Origin: Octopus bimaculoides
Lineage: Eukaryota
Direction: 5' to 3'
Assembly (NCBI RefSeq): GCF_001194135.2
Contig: NC_068987.1
Location: forward strand, 84,630,030-84,672,294
DNA length: 42,265 nt
Shown: positions 10,557-21,432 of the stretch, one piece after another
How positions within the stretch are numbered: position 1 is the stretch's first letter
Layout: the number at the start of each line of letters is the position of its first letter
Made by a program: the position numbers and the translations under genes
Notes under the pieces: generated by a model
Databases searched by the model: none
What the model saw: the letters and a program-made list of their open reading frames with translations, nothing else
Told to the model about the DNA's origin: nothing

Positions 10557-12265
10557 ATGGTTGAAGATATCAAATCCAGTATTAATTTCTCCTTAAAATC
10601 TTTTAATTATTTTCTAGTTGTCTTGTGTCAGAAGGCTAAGCTGGAGGGACGTAAACAAACCAATAATGGTTGATAAGTGGTAGGGGGACAAACACAGACA
10701 CCAAGATACACACACGTGTGTGTATATATATATATATATACATTCATAGTATTTTTGTAGAAATACAAGATTAACCCCCCTTTACGATCCCTTTTTATTA
10801 CATAACATTCCTTTCCAATTTTTATCAGATTTATATCATCTTATTATCTTCCAACTTTACACTCTGAATTTTCTTTCTTTTTTTCTTTTTTCTTTGCTTC
10901 TTTTCTTCCCTTCTTGTCCAACGTACTATCTGGTAGCGTCCTAATCCCCAACGGTTTTTTCAAATAAATAACGTTATAACCATCTCCAACTATAGTTCTC
11001 ATATTCGGTTATAATGTCTTACGTTTAAGCTGGTTCCCATGCATTTCCATGAAGAGAAGATTACATTTTTAACATCGCCGATTCCTATGGATCGTATAAT
11101 TTGTAATTCTTCGAAACATATGTTGNNNNNNNNNNNNNNNNNNNNNNNNNNNNNNNNNNNNNNNNNNNNNNNNNNNNNNNNNNNNNNNNNNNNNNNNNNN
11201 NNNNNNNNNNNNNNNNNNNNNNNNNNNNNNNNNNNNNNNNNNNNNNNNNNNNNNNNNNNNNNNNNNNNNNNNNNNNNNNNNNNNNNNNNNNNNNNNNNNN
11301 NNNNNNNNNNNNNNNNNNNNNNNNNNNNNNNNNNNNNNNNNNNNNNNNNNNNNNNNNNNNNNNNNNNNNNNNNNNNNNNNNNNNNNNNNNNNNNNNNNNN
11401 NNNNNNNNNNNNNNNNNNNNNNNNNNNNNNNNNNNNNNNNNNNNNNNNNNNNNNNNNNNNNNNNNNNNNNNNNNNNNNNNNNNNNNNNNNNNNNNNNNNN
11501 NNNNNNNNNNNNNNNNNNNNNNNNNNNNNNNNNNNNNNNNNNNNNNNNNNNNNNNNNNNNNNNNNNNNNNNNNNNNNNNNNNNNNNNNNNNNNNNNNNNN
11601 NNNNNNNNNNNNNNNNNNNNNNNNNNNNNNNNNNNNNNNNNNNNNNNNNNNNNNNNNNNNNNNNNNNNNNNNNNNNNNNNNNNNNNNNNNNNNNNNNNNN
11701 NNNNNNNNNNNNNNNNNNNNNNNNNNNNNNNNNNNNNNNNNNNNNNNNNNNNNNNNNNNNNNNNNNNNNNNNNNNNNNNNNNNNNNNNNNNNNNNNNNNN
11801 NNNNNNNNNNNNNNNNNNNNNNNNNNNNNNNNNNNNNNNNNNNNNNNNNNNNNNNNNNNNNNNNNNNNNNNNNNNNNNNNNNNNNNNNNNNNNNNNNNNN
11901 NNNNNNNNNNNNNNNNNNNNNNNNNNNNNNNNNNNNNNNNNNNNNNNNNNNNNNNNNNNNNNNNNNNNNNNNNNNNNNNNNNNNNNNNNNNNNNNNNNNN
12001 NNNNNNNNNNNNNNNNNNNNNNNNNNNNNNNNNNNNNNNNNNNNNNNNNNNNNNNNNNNNNNNNTGATACAACCAGACTTTGGTTTCCGGTTCAGATGCA
12101 GCACGCTATTTTGTCAGTGAGCAGTTCGCGGTTTCAAAGCGACGAAAATATTTTCACAAATTAAATTTAAATATTGGAATGAATCTAATGGTTTTTGTGT
12201 TTTTTAAATGGCTTATAAACTCGTTCCACGCTGCAATTGTATATATGTGTGTGTGTGTGTGTGTG

Positions 12266-12958
12266 CTCTACTGCATCTCAACCTCTGTGGCAACATTTAG
12301 TGTGCAATCGTTTGCAAACGTGAACTCGCACATTGTCTCCTCTTCCAGATCGATCTTGACCTGTGGTTTCCTCAGATTGAGAGGTCTGTAATGAGTCGTG
12401 AATCTGATGTTGATCATGTTTTCGTCGTCGTTGGAGAAGGTTTCACACAGCATAGTTGAGAACAGCATAGTTGAGAACAGCATGATGAATAGTGTAGGTG
12501 CGAGTACACAGCCCTGCTTGACTCCGTTATTCGCAAGACAAAGTCTCAGTCACAGAAAGCCTCTCTCAAGCTAATCCGCCAAGCATTTACACATTGTTGA
12601 GGAAAATGGAAATCAGGTGGTCAGGCCACTTTGTTCGAAGTCTTCATACGCAACTCCCCAATCGACTGGTGGAAAATAAAAACATTTCAAGGTCATTGAA
12701 TGCTTCACGAAAGAATTTAACCCCGACACTTGGTAGAGATGCACCAAAAGAGTTGCCATCTTCTATGAATAGAACTCGATTGCAGGGACACAAAGAAAAT
12801 GCTTTGACTTCAGTTCTGATAGACCGCCAGTAACCGGCCTGAATCAGAAACTTCCGATCACGCATGGTACTGATTGACCGCAGTCGGTTACTCTGTGTCA
12901 CGCCTTCACCCATGTCATGACCTTTATTATCGTCGACAACGATGGTTGAACGAATTAA
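12266..12958. mobile_element. RTE-clade LINE fragment with inverted 5' part
   Basis: Minus strand 12268-12540 reads NNGVKQGCVLAPTLFIMLFST...FANDC (RT domain, FADD>FAND). Plus strand 12550-12880 reads PSIYTLLRKMEIRWSGHFVR (RTE C-terminus), then a 3' end atcgtcgacaacgatggttgaac running into (TG)n. Confidence 0.85.

Positions 12959-13040
<82 letters not shown>
12959..13040. repeat. (TG)n microsatellite
   Basis: Near-perfect TG run, directly visible. Confidence 0.97.
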
Positions 13041-13043
<3 letters not shown>

Positions 13044-13283
13044 TGTTATATCTGTGGATGGTCATTTCTTTTTCTTGACAAATTTGCACACACTATATAT
13101 AGTCATTCTTCACTTGTTTATTATTTTTCTTAGTTTATGTCCTATGTCTGGAAAGCTTTCGCCGCACACTTGTGATTTTTTCACCGACTTCCCATCCCAC
13201 GTGTGTCCTGTTCTGTTTAGCCCATTCTGTCTTTCTGTGGTGTGTTTCCTTATCTAATTATGCGTTTGTGTGTGTGTGTGTGT

Positions 13284-13314
<31 letters not shown>

Positions 13315-14232
13315 CATGTGTGTGTGTCCGTGTGCGTGTGTGTGTGTACGCGTCTCGATATGTTCTGTGTGTTTTGTGTGTGTGTATGGGTTTGTTCACT
13401 ATAGTATTTATATCCGTGTTCTCTATGCATTCATTTACTTTCATTTACTTATTTATCTCTCTATTTTTCACCATTGCATCTTAAATGTGTGTATGTGTGT
13501 CTTTCGTGTATATATATGAGTTTATGTAGTATGCTGTTTGTGTATGTGCCTCATTTTGTTGCTCTCATCCTCTTAGTCGTCATATTGGGTAGTGTAGTGT
13601 TATTGGGTGTTAGTGTTCCATTCGTATTTGCTGTTAAAGCTCTGTCTGTTTATTACTATGTGTGTGGTTTCTGTTATCTGTCTAAGTGTCGTACCTTATC
13701 TATGCATTGATAATACCTTAATATCTATGTTATTAACCGGGTCTCTATGTTCTCATAAAGCATGTTGGTAAAGTACTGACGAGCGTTTCTCTTCTTTGAG
13801 CTCCCGCCAGTGTGCATCTAACCGCTCTTCTATGCTACGTGCCGTCTCACTAACGTAAGTTGCTGTCTTGTTTCTTTTTCCACCGTCATTCAGTACAACG
13901 AATGCTACACACTACATTCCTAATCCTACAGTTAGTTTGTGGGTCCATGCTATATACTATACAGTTTTTCTGCGTATATGGGAGTATTTTGAATAGATAT
14001 GTTCTAGAGATCAGGAATTTTATGGGGGAGTCTGGCATTTCTACTACTTTAATCCGTTGATTGACCTTATCTAATGTATTCCTAAAAAGATATGCTAGTT
14101 CGTCGCTAAAGGTAACATAAACGAACGCGATACAATGGTATTTTCGGTTGTTATACCATTAGTTGTCCTTACCTATCTTCTTGATCCTTTCTACGCTGTT
14201 CTAGGATTTACTCCTGTATAGCGGGCAGATCC
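13041..14232 (-). mobile_element. Penelope-like retroelement 3' fragment (GIY-YIG endonuclease), pseudogenised
   Basis: Minus-strand translation NCRIRNVVCSIRCTE*...TYVSETARSIEERLDAH...LYQHAL*EH...LRQITE...NSKYEW (about 13950-13600, one frameshift, stops). Upstream SDELA...IKVVEMP linker. Degenerate hammerhead-like remnant (...tgaaaaa...tcacaagtgtg...GAAAGCTTTccagac) at about 13146-13188. Confidence 0.8.
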
Positions 14233-14511
14233 ATTTTGCATCAGAATATATATATATATATAAGTATGTTTTATTTATTTTATTCTTTAAAAATGCAAAA
14301 TAGTAAAATATCCGCTATTTTTCTGTGTGAAAAATCCAATATTTTATCCTTGAATAGTCTTTACATCACAGATGTACAAGGCCATCATATGAAAAGTAAC
14401 GCAGTTTATAATTTAGATGAAACGTCGAATTTTTATTATTGGAGTTTTTCTGTTATATTTTAGAAAATCTAGAGAATATTAAAGCTATAATTTTCATGTA
14501 ATTTTGAAGTA

Positions 14512-14893
14512 GTGGAGGCGCAATGGCCTAATGGTTAAGGCAGCGGACTCGCGATAATAGGATCGCGGTTTCGATTCCCAGACCGGGCGTTATGAGTGTT
14601 TATTGAGCGAAAACACCTAAAGCTTCCCGAGGCTCCGGCAGGGGATGGTGGCGAACCCTGCTGTACTCTTTCACCACAATTTTCTCTCACTCTTACTTCC
14701 TGTTTCTCTTGTACCTGTAATTCAAAGGGTCCGCCTTGTCACACTGTGTCATGAATATCCCCGAGAACTACGTTAAGGGTACACGTATCTGTGGAATGCT
14801 CAGCCACTTACATGTTAATTTCACGAGCGGGGTGTTTCGTTGATCGGATCAACTGGAACCCTCGATGTCGTAAGCGACGGAGTGAAGTGAAGG
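14512..14893 (+). mobile_element. tRNA(Arg-like)-derived SINE family C, full length with TSD
   Basis: ggaggcgcaatggcctaatggttaagg...ggtttcgattccc head and tail ggaaccctcgatgtcgtaagcgacggagtg. 11-bp direct repeat attttgaagta at 14501-14511 and 14894-14904. Confidence 0.88.
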
Positions 14894-14904
14894 ATTTTGA
14901 AGTA

Positions 14905-15270
14905 TATGGTTATGTTGCTTGCTTTGTAACCGCGTGGTTTCGTGTTCAGATCCTCTGTGTGGCACCTTGGGTAACTGTTTTTCTATTACAGTCCTGTGCA
15001 GACTAATATCTTTTAAGTGAAGTAGGTAGACAGAAGCGGCAGGAAGCCCGTCGTGTGTTTATGTGCGTCGTTTTGTGTAATTGTCACCTCTCCACCACTG
15101 TCTCAAAACTGTTACCGAGTTTTTTTAAGTCCCCGGGACTTAGCAACTCGGCAAACGAAACCTAAATAATCGTATGTATTGATATCAATTTGTTCGACTA
15201 AAATCCATTCATGTCGGCGCCCCAGCATGGCGGTGCTGCAGTCCAATGCCTGAAATATGAAAAAAGCCAA
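14905..15270 (+). mobile_element. SINE family B, degenerate
   Basis: gtggcaccttgggtaactgtttttcta...ggaagcccgtcg...ccccagcatggc...cagtccaatgcctgaaa. Confidence 0.7.
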
Positions 15271-16040
15271 ATTAAAAGATTATCGTCTAAAATTATTATT
15301 ATGAAGAAATATATTCATCCTTAATATTAGATTTCACACTGGATCAAATGAAATTTTATTAAATCTCATCTGATGATATTTTCATTAAAAAGAATTTTTT
15401 TCTAAAGTTATAAGATAATTTCCAGATCAAAAATTTCAATATTTTAAAGTAGGAAATATTTTTTTGTTTTGCATTCTGTTAAAAACAGGGATATTTATCA
15501 ACGAATCAAAAAGTAATTTAAACCATTAAAATTTATTACAATTGATTAAAGCAGATTTTGCAATATATCTCAGTTTATAGATTTCAACCGGCTGTAGCCA
15601 CTCGCTAATTTACTAATTTTTATCGTTGCATAAATTTTTAGAAAAACCTACACAAAAACACAAAAAACATTATAATAAATATTATGTAATCTATAAAGTG
15701 GTTCGTATTTTAATGTTAAAAAAAATTTCAAATGTGTTATTAGCTCGAGTTGTTTAATGAGAATCTATATATAAAGCAAATGTTTGCTTGACATAATTAT
15801 CAAACATATTTAGCCAACCATATCGTTAGAAGTTCATATATTTTTTATGAAACCATACAGCTTCTATTGCAAATCGATTGCAATTAAAAAGTTCAAGAGC
15901 AATAGAAATATTATGAAAGATCTATTTGATTTCAAAACAATTAGATATACGTAAAAAACATTCAAGCAACCTGAAGCATATTTGATATAGTAAAACATGA
16001 GCGTTCATCACAAAGTGTTTCACAGAACATCTTTCTCATG

Positions 16041-16250
16041 ATGGCGAGCTGGCAGAATCATTAGAACATGGAACAAAAATGCTTAGCGGTACTTCGCTCG
16101 CTTCTTTGCGATCTGAGTTCAAATCCCGCTGGGGACAAATCTACTATCCATCACTTGGGGGTCGATGGAATAAAGCACAAGTCCAGTATTGAAGTTGATA
16201 TATTTGTTGACTTGACCCTTCTCCTTGAAATCGCTGGCCTTGAGCCTTGC
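16041..16250 (+). mobile_element. SINE family A, degenerate
   Basis: gatggcgagctggcagaatcattag...aaatgcttagcggta...gagttcaaatccc...ggggtcgat...ggccttgagcctt. Accounts for the first part of ORF 16068-16370. Confidence 0.8.
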
Positions 16251-17021
16251 AACAGACCGGTCTCCCTTTCAGGTGGATTGATGTCACCTCGATCACCTAT
16301 ACGCCACGGAAACCCGTTAATCGGCATTAATGTCGAGGGAGCTGAGAAATGTTTCACAGACGACTTCTAAACTGAAAAACTCGTTAAGACGAATCACTTC
16401 AGCTCCTATATTTATTGAGATTATCATTGGCAGTATTACTTGTATATAACTGATTCTGTACTACTATTGTTATAACTTCTGCTCATAAGAACTGAATGAT
16501 CTCAAGTCACTTCGAGGAAAACTCTTCCCAACACTCGTCACCCATATCATGTTGCCCCCATCAACGGACCTAACTGAACATTATCGACATATTTTCCCTT
16601 TCTTTGAAGTTTTAATCTGGGAAATGTTTCATATGCGACATCGATTTGTAACTATTGTAGAAGAATAGAGAGATTTTCTATCTTACTCGTATCGGAAGGC
16701 ATCCGAATGCTTTGGACCGAATCATTATTCCTAATACAAAGCAGGTTTACAGTCTCCAGGTGTTATTGCTAAGCTGTTACTACACAATAAAAGCATTAAC
16801 AATGATTGTGTTCTGTCTAAAGACGAATAGAAAGTAAACATTCTCAGGTCAATTAAACCCCACTTTTAGTCTATTAAGCTTTCTACTTAAAGCATGACAG
16901 TGAAGTAGTAATTGAAATCAACCCATTGTAGCAACCCTGGTATTTTACTCAACATAAAATATTATAAGTATAGAAATATTGAAGCGCTAATGCGGGAACG
17001 TTCTTTCTTTTTTTCTTTTAG

Positions 17022-17122
17022 GTTTTGTTTGTGAAAACAAAAAAATTGCGATGTAAGAAGATGCTGGTGTACAGCGCTTAACTTGAAGCCTGTTAAAGTG
17101 TCTCAAGAATGTCGGAAGCAGA
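17022..17122 (+). CDS. Candidate host-gene exon (101 bp); possibly 5'UTR plus start codon (MSEAE/D)
   Basis: Strong acceptor (19-nt pure pyrimidine tract + AG at 17020-21) and consensus donor AGA|GTAAGT at 17123. ATG at 17109 with A at -3. Product not recognised. Confidence 0.5.
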
Positions 17123-18248
17123 GTAAGTGTTTCAAATAATCTACCTCAGTCGATGGAGGTTATTGACTTCAGTTGGAATAACGAAGGCGATGCTTTTCTG
17201 TGAGAATTATTTGACTGAAATAAACGATTCTGTTCGTCTTCAATATGTTAACACTGCTTTCTAGTTTCGTGGGAAATAGCTTGCGTTGAACATAAATATA
17301 AAAGTGAGCACATAATAATTAGCAGGCTTTAAAGTAATATATAAGTTACAGCATCCACCACAAAAAAAATAAATAAATAAATAAAACGAAAAATAGCAAT
17401 TACTGATTAGGTTACAATTGACGGCATTGTGCATGACTTATCTACTTCCATTCAAGAAAAATACAATTCCTTGTTAACTTTTCCATACTGAGCACAGGAA
17501 ACAACAGCAGATTTCGTCAGTTATACATTGTTCTTCATGCGTACTCTTTCTTTCCTTCTATCTTTCCCTCTCCCTCCCTCCCTCTTTCTATATCTATCTA
17601 TGTATCTGTCTATCTGTCTCTATCTATATATCTATCTCTTTATCTATCTATCTATCTATCTATCTGTTTATCTGTCTCTCTCTCTCTAAAAGCGAAATGG
17701 AGAGAAATGAAACAACAGAGAATTGGATCTATATGACTGAGTTTACCACGTCAGTATAATCTGATTAATTTACTTCGTCAATATTACAGTTTAAAAAAAC
17801 CACTTAGTGTTAGCAAATACTTACCTTACGAACGTGATATATTTACGATGAGTAAAATATTTGCACAACCTAGTACAACTTATAGCTGCATAAAGTTATT
17901 TTAGAACTTTAAAAGCAAGCATAATTTCAGACCGCATACATGGAAAATATATCTGACTTATAATCCATTCATTAATATTTACTGTTCCTCAACTTGCAAT
18001 AGGCCTTCCCTTGAATTTACAACTGACTATATACAATAATCTTTAAAAATATTCTCGAGGAAGAGTTCGTTGTGACAACCAACAGAATCTACGATTATAT
18101 AAAATACGGCATTGAAGAGGAAGATGTGCTAAGATTGAAATATTGCTCTGTGTGTTGGACTGTCAAATAGATTCTTTTGTTTTATTCGATTTAATTTAAT
18201 CCTCGATTTTGAACAGTTTTACAAATCAGTCAATATATTCCCCTTCTT

Positions 18249-18303
18249 AAGGCGGCGAGCTGGCACAAACGTTAAGCACGCCGGTCGAACTGCTTCGCGG
18301 TAT
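18249..18303 (+). mobile_element. SINE family A head, cut off at GCGGTAT
   Basis: aaggcggcgagctggcacaaacgttaagcacgccggtcgaactgcttcgcggtat matches the head at 20731-20784. The remainder resumes at 20033. Confidence 0.85.
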
Positions 18304-20032
18304 AACGGCTCTGTGAATTATTGTGAATACTGTTGTGTTACTTTGTGAAAATTGTCTCGGTGAATAATTGTGATTTTTTTGGAATTATTACGGTTGCATT
18401 TCACGTGAGCTGCTGCNNNNNNNNNNNNNNNNNNNNNNNNNNNNNNNNNNNNNNNNNNNNNNNNNNNNNNNNNNNNNNNNNNNNNNNNNNNNNNNNNNNN
18501 NNNNNNNNNNNNNNNNNNNNNNNNNNNNNNNNNNNNNNNNNNNNNNNNNNNNNNNNNNNNNNNNNNNNNNNNNNNNNNNNNNNNNNNNNNNNNNNNNNNN
18601 NNNNNNNNNNNNNNNNNNNNNNNNNNNNNNNNNNNNNNNNNNNNNNNNNNNNNNNNNNNNNNNNNNNNNNNNNNNNNNNNNNNNNNNNNNNNNNNNNNNN
18701 NNNNNNNNNNNNNNNNNNNNNNNNNNNNNNNNNNNNNNNNNNNCGAAACCGGTAAAATTGAAATGGTGACGGAAGAGGAAATCGAGGAGTGCCTGGGTGA
18801 AAGTGTCAATGAAGCCAAGTACATCAACGGAGGGAGAAAGTTCGGTACGGTTGAGGTGAGGTTCGCCACTATAGAAGAGGCAACCAAGCATGCGACCAAC
18901 ATCTTAAGAAGTGAGAAAATAGCATTGCTACCAAGTTATAGAGGAAGAAGAAGTGTGAAAATACGTATTCCCAGAGTTACACCAGATATTAAACCAGAGT
19001 GGTTGGTTGCAACAGTGCTGGCTGCAACCAATGAGGAGCCGGAATTGGGACGAGTGGCGAAATCAGAAGTGCACAAATGGTGGGGATTTGGACTCGAAAT
19101 GTGGCTTTTTGCCACATTCGAGGACATAGAAATAATTCCCTACCAGATAGAAATGGAGGACGAGAAAACGTTAAATGTCGTAGTCGAGGTAAGAAAACAA
19201 AATTGTTATATATGCGGGGAGAGAGGTCATATGAAGACCAAATGCCCCCTATATGAGGTCACACAACCACAGCAAGAGAAAGCACAAGCAGAGGAGGAAG
19301 GAATTGTAGACCACACTGAGGAAATAAAAGAGAGACAGAAGTGTGAAACAGAGAAAACAAAGGAGAAGAACAAAAATGGAGCTACTAACCCTAAAAAGCG
19401 AAGGAAAATAAGTCAAAGGAACGGTCAACAGAAAACAAAAAAGAGATAAACAAGCCAGAAACTAATAATGTACACGAAGAGGGGAAGAGAGCTGATAAAG
19501 ATGTGAAATACAAGGGGCTTTTGATAAAGTACGAGAATTGCGAGCAGATGGAGAGAAAAGTCGAGAGGTTAGAAGAAATAAGAGTGAAAATGCCAGAGAA
19601 ATATGCTGAAAAATGCATTTTGACACGTGAGGAAATATGCTTCGAGTGCATAAAAGAACTTGGTGAAAATATAATAACGAAACGGATATGGTTGGTGGAG
19701 ACACAAATCCCTAGAACTGATTATTTGCAGTTGTTAAGGACGGACGTAACAATGATTAATGGAAGAAAGGTAACTCGAGTTTTTGAATTTTTTGAGTTAC
19801 AAAACCGTTAAAATGTTTACATTACGTTGAATGTAAAAGTGAAAAACTGGATAAATGTAGCCACCCGACTTCGGGGATCGAGTGGACATTGCGCCTCATT
19901 TTTTTTTCATTCTTGCATATTATCATGTTATTTTAATTACCCCGATTTTATGTTTACGTTTTGTACTGTCTTTATGTTTTGTGATGTCTTAAAAATTCTT
20001 TGTATAGCCGTTTATGGGTTATAAAAAAATCT
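18304..20032 (+). mobile_element. ORF1-only (half-L1-like) Tx1/L1-clade non-autonomous retroelement
   Basis: 5' leader, gap, gag-like ORF1 with CCHC knuckle, about 215 bp after the last ORF, and an A-rich end (gccgtttatgggttataaaaaaa). No endonuclease or RT motifs visible. Confidence 0.7.
18744..19811 (+). pseudogene. Non-LTR ORF1 (gag-like) protein with CX2CX4HX4C zinc knuckle, disrupted at 19449
   Basis: ORF 18763-19449 contains CYICGERGHMKTKC, an RRM-like beta-rich N-terminal part (GTVEVRFAT) and a charged low-complexity tail. A second frame at 19503-19811 probably continues it. Confidence 0.75.
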
Positions 20033-21158
20033 GTATTTCGTCTGCCGTTATGTTCTGAGTTCAAATTCTGCCGAGGTCGACTTCGCCTTTCATTCTTTAA
20101 TCCCCGGTGGGCAATAAAGAAATTGTTATTTCGTCTGCCGTTACGTTCTGAATTCAATTTCCACCGAGATCGACTTTGCCTTTCATCCTTTCGGTGTGGA
20201 TAAATTAAGTAACAGATACGCACTGGGGTCGATCTAATCAACTTAATCCCTTTATCTGTCCTTGTTTGTCCCCTCTATGTTTAGCCCCTTGTGGGCAATA
20301 AAGAAATAAGAATCGTTAGCACGCCGGGAGAAATGCTTAGCGGTATTTTGTCTGCCGTTACGTTCTCAGTTCAAATTCCACCCAAGTAGACTTTGCCTTT
20401 CATCCTTTCGGCGTCGATAAATTAAGTACCAGTTACGCACTGGGGTCGATGTAATCGACTTAATCCCTTTGTCTGTCCTTGTTTTTCCCCTCTATGTTTA
20501 GTCCCTTGTGGGCAATAAAGAAATAAGAATCGTTAGCCCGCCGGGTGAAATGCTTAGCGGTATTTCGTCTTTACCTTCTGAGTTCACATTCCAGCGAGGT
20601 CGACTTTGCCTTTCACCCTTTCGTGGTCGATAAACTAAATATCAGTTGCATACTGGGGTCGATATAATCGACTGGATCCCTCCCCGAAATTTTGGGCCTT
20701 GTGCTTAGAGTAGAATGCATTCTCCTTCTTAAGGCAGCGAGCTGGCAGAAACGTTAGCACGCCGGGCGAAATGCTGTACGGTATTTCGTCTGCCGCTACG
20801 TTCTGAGTTCAAATTCCGCCGAGGTCGACATTGCCTTTCAACATTTCGGTGTTGATTAAATAACTACCAGTTACGCAATGGGGTCGATATAATCGATTTA
20901 ATCCTTTTGTCTGTCCTTGTTTGTCTCCTCAGTGTGTAGCCTCTTGTGGGCAGTAAAGAAATAAGAAACGCTAGCACGTCGAGCAAAATGATTAGCGGTA
21001 TGTGGTCTGTCCTTACGTTCTGAGTTCAGATTCCGCCAAGGTCGACTTTGCCTTTCATCCTTCCTGGGTCGGTAAATTATGTATCAGTTGCGTACTGGAG
21101 TCGATCTAATCGACTGGCCTCTCCCCAAAAATTTCGGGCCTTTTGCCTAGAGTAGCAA
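20033..21158 (+). repeat. Head-to-tail array of six SINE-A-derived units with two alternative tails
   Basis: Units start near 20033, 20126, 20311, 20529, 20729 and 20967. Tail 1 (...ccccttgtgggcaataaagaaat) in units 1 (deleted form), 2, 3 and 5. Tail 2 (...ggccttgtgcttagagtag) in units 4 and 6. Confidence 0.92.
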
Positions 21159-21210
21159 ACAATATATTCTTTTTCATTGTTCACCATTCCTTGCCGACTA
21201 GCCACTAGTC

Positions 21211-21317
21211 CAGAGGTTCCCAACCTTTTCACATTCGTTCCCAACAGTGCTTCCGAGCCCTTTTATTTAAATGAGTTTTTTTTATCACAGACCGCTTTTA
21301 ATATGCTTACCCTTATG

Positions 21318-21348
<31 letters not shown>

Positions 21349-21432
21349 GAAATTTTGAATTTCGTTCAGAAACCTCCAATATTACCTTTCCGGACAACCA
21401 GGGGTCCGCAGACACCAGGTGGGAAACCACTG
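21211..21432. mobile_element. hAT (Charlie-like) MITE, 222 bp
   Basis: TIRs CAGAGGTTCCCAACC / GGTGGGAAACCACTG. Perfect 8-bp TSD CACTAGTC (21203-21210, 21433-21440) with central CTAG, typical of hAT-Charlie targets. Confidence 0.92.

Noticed and set aside
10790-12240. Possible second ORF1-only element on the minus strand across the 11126-12063 gap (shared ICFE peptide with ORF 19503-19811)
   Set aside because: The similarity is only four residues, the 3' tail does not match, and most of the sequence is N.
13775-13806. CTGACGA hammerhead-like core on the plus strand
   Set aside because: No GAAA after the putative stem II. It lies within the antisense of the GIY-YIG coding relic.
14514-14590. 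Functional tRNA genes (also 6204-6278 and the SINE A/B heads)
   Set aside because: A and B boxes are present but there is no complete cloverleaf or acceptor stem, and each head runs into a SINE body.
16068-16370. 100-aa ORF as a host gene
   Set aside because: The first ~60 codons are SINE-A sequence, and the rest has no recognisable homology or donor site.
20033-21158. CRISPR-like repeat array
   Set aside because: Units are 90-240-bp SINE copies without unique spacers, the context is eukaryotic, and there are no cas genes.
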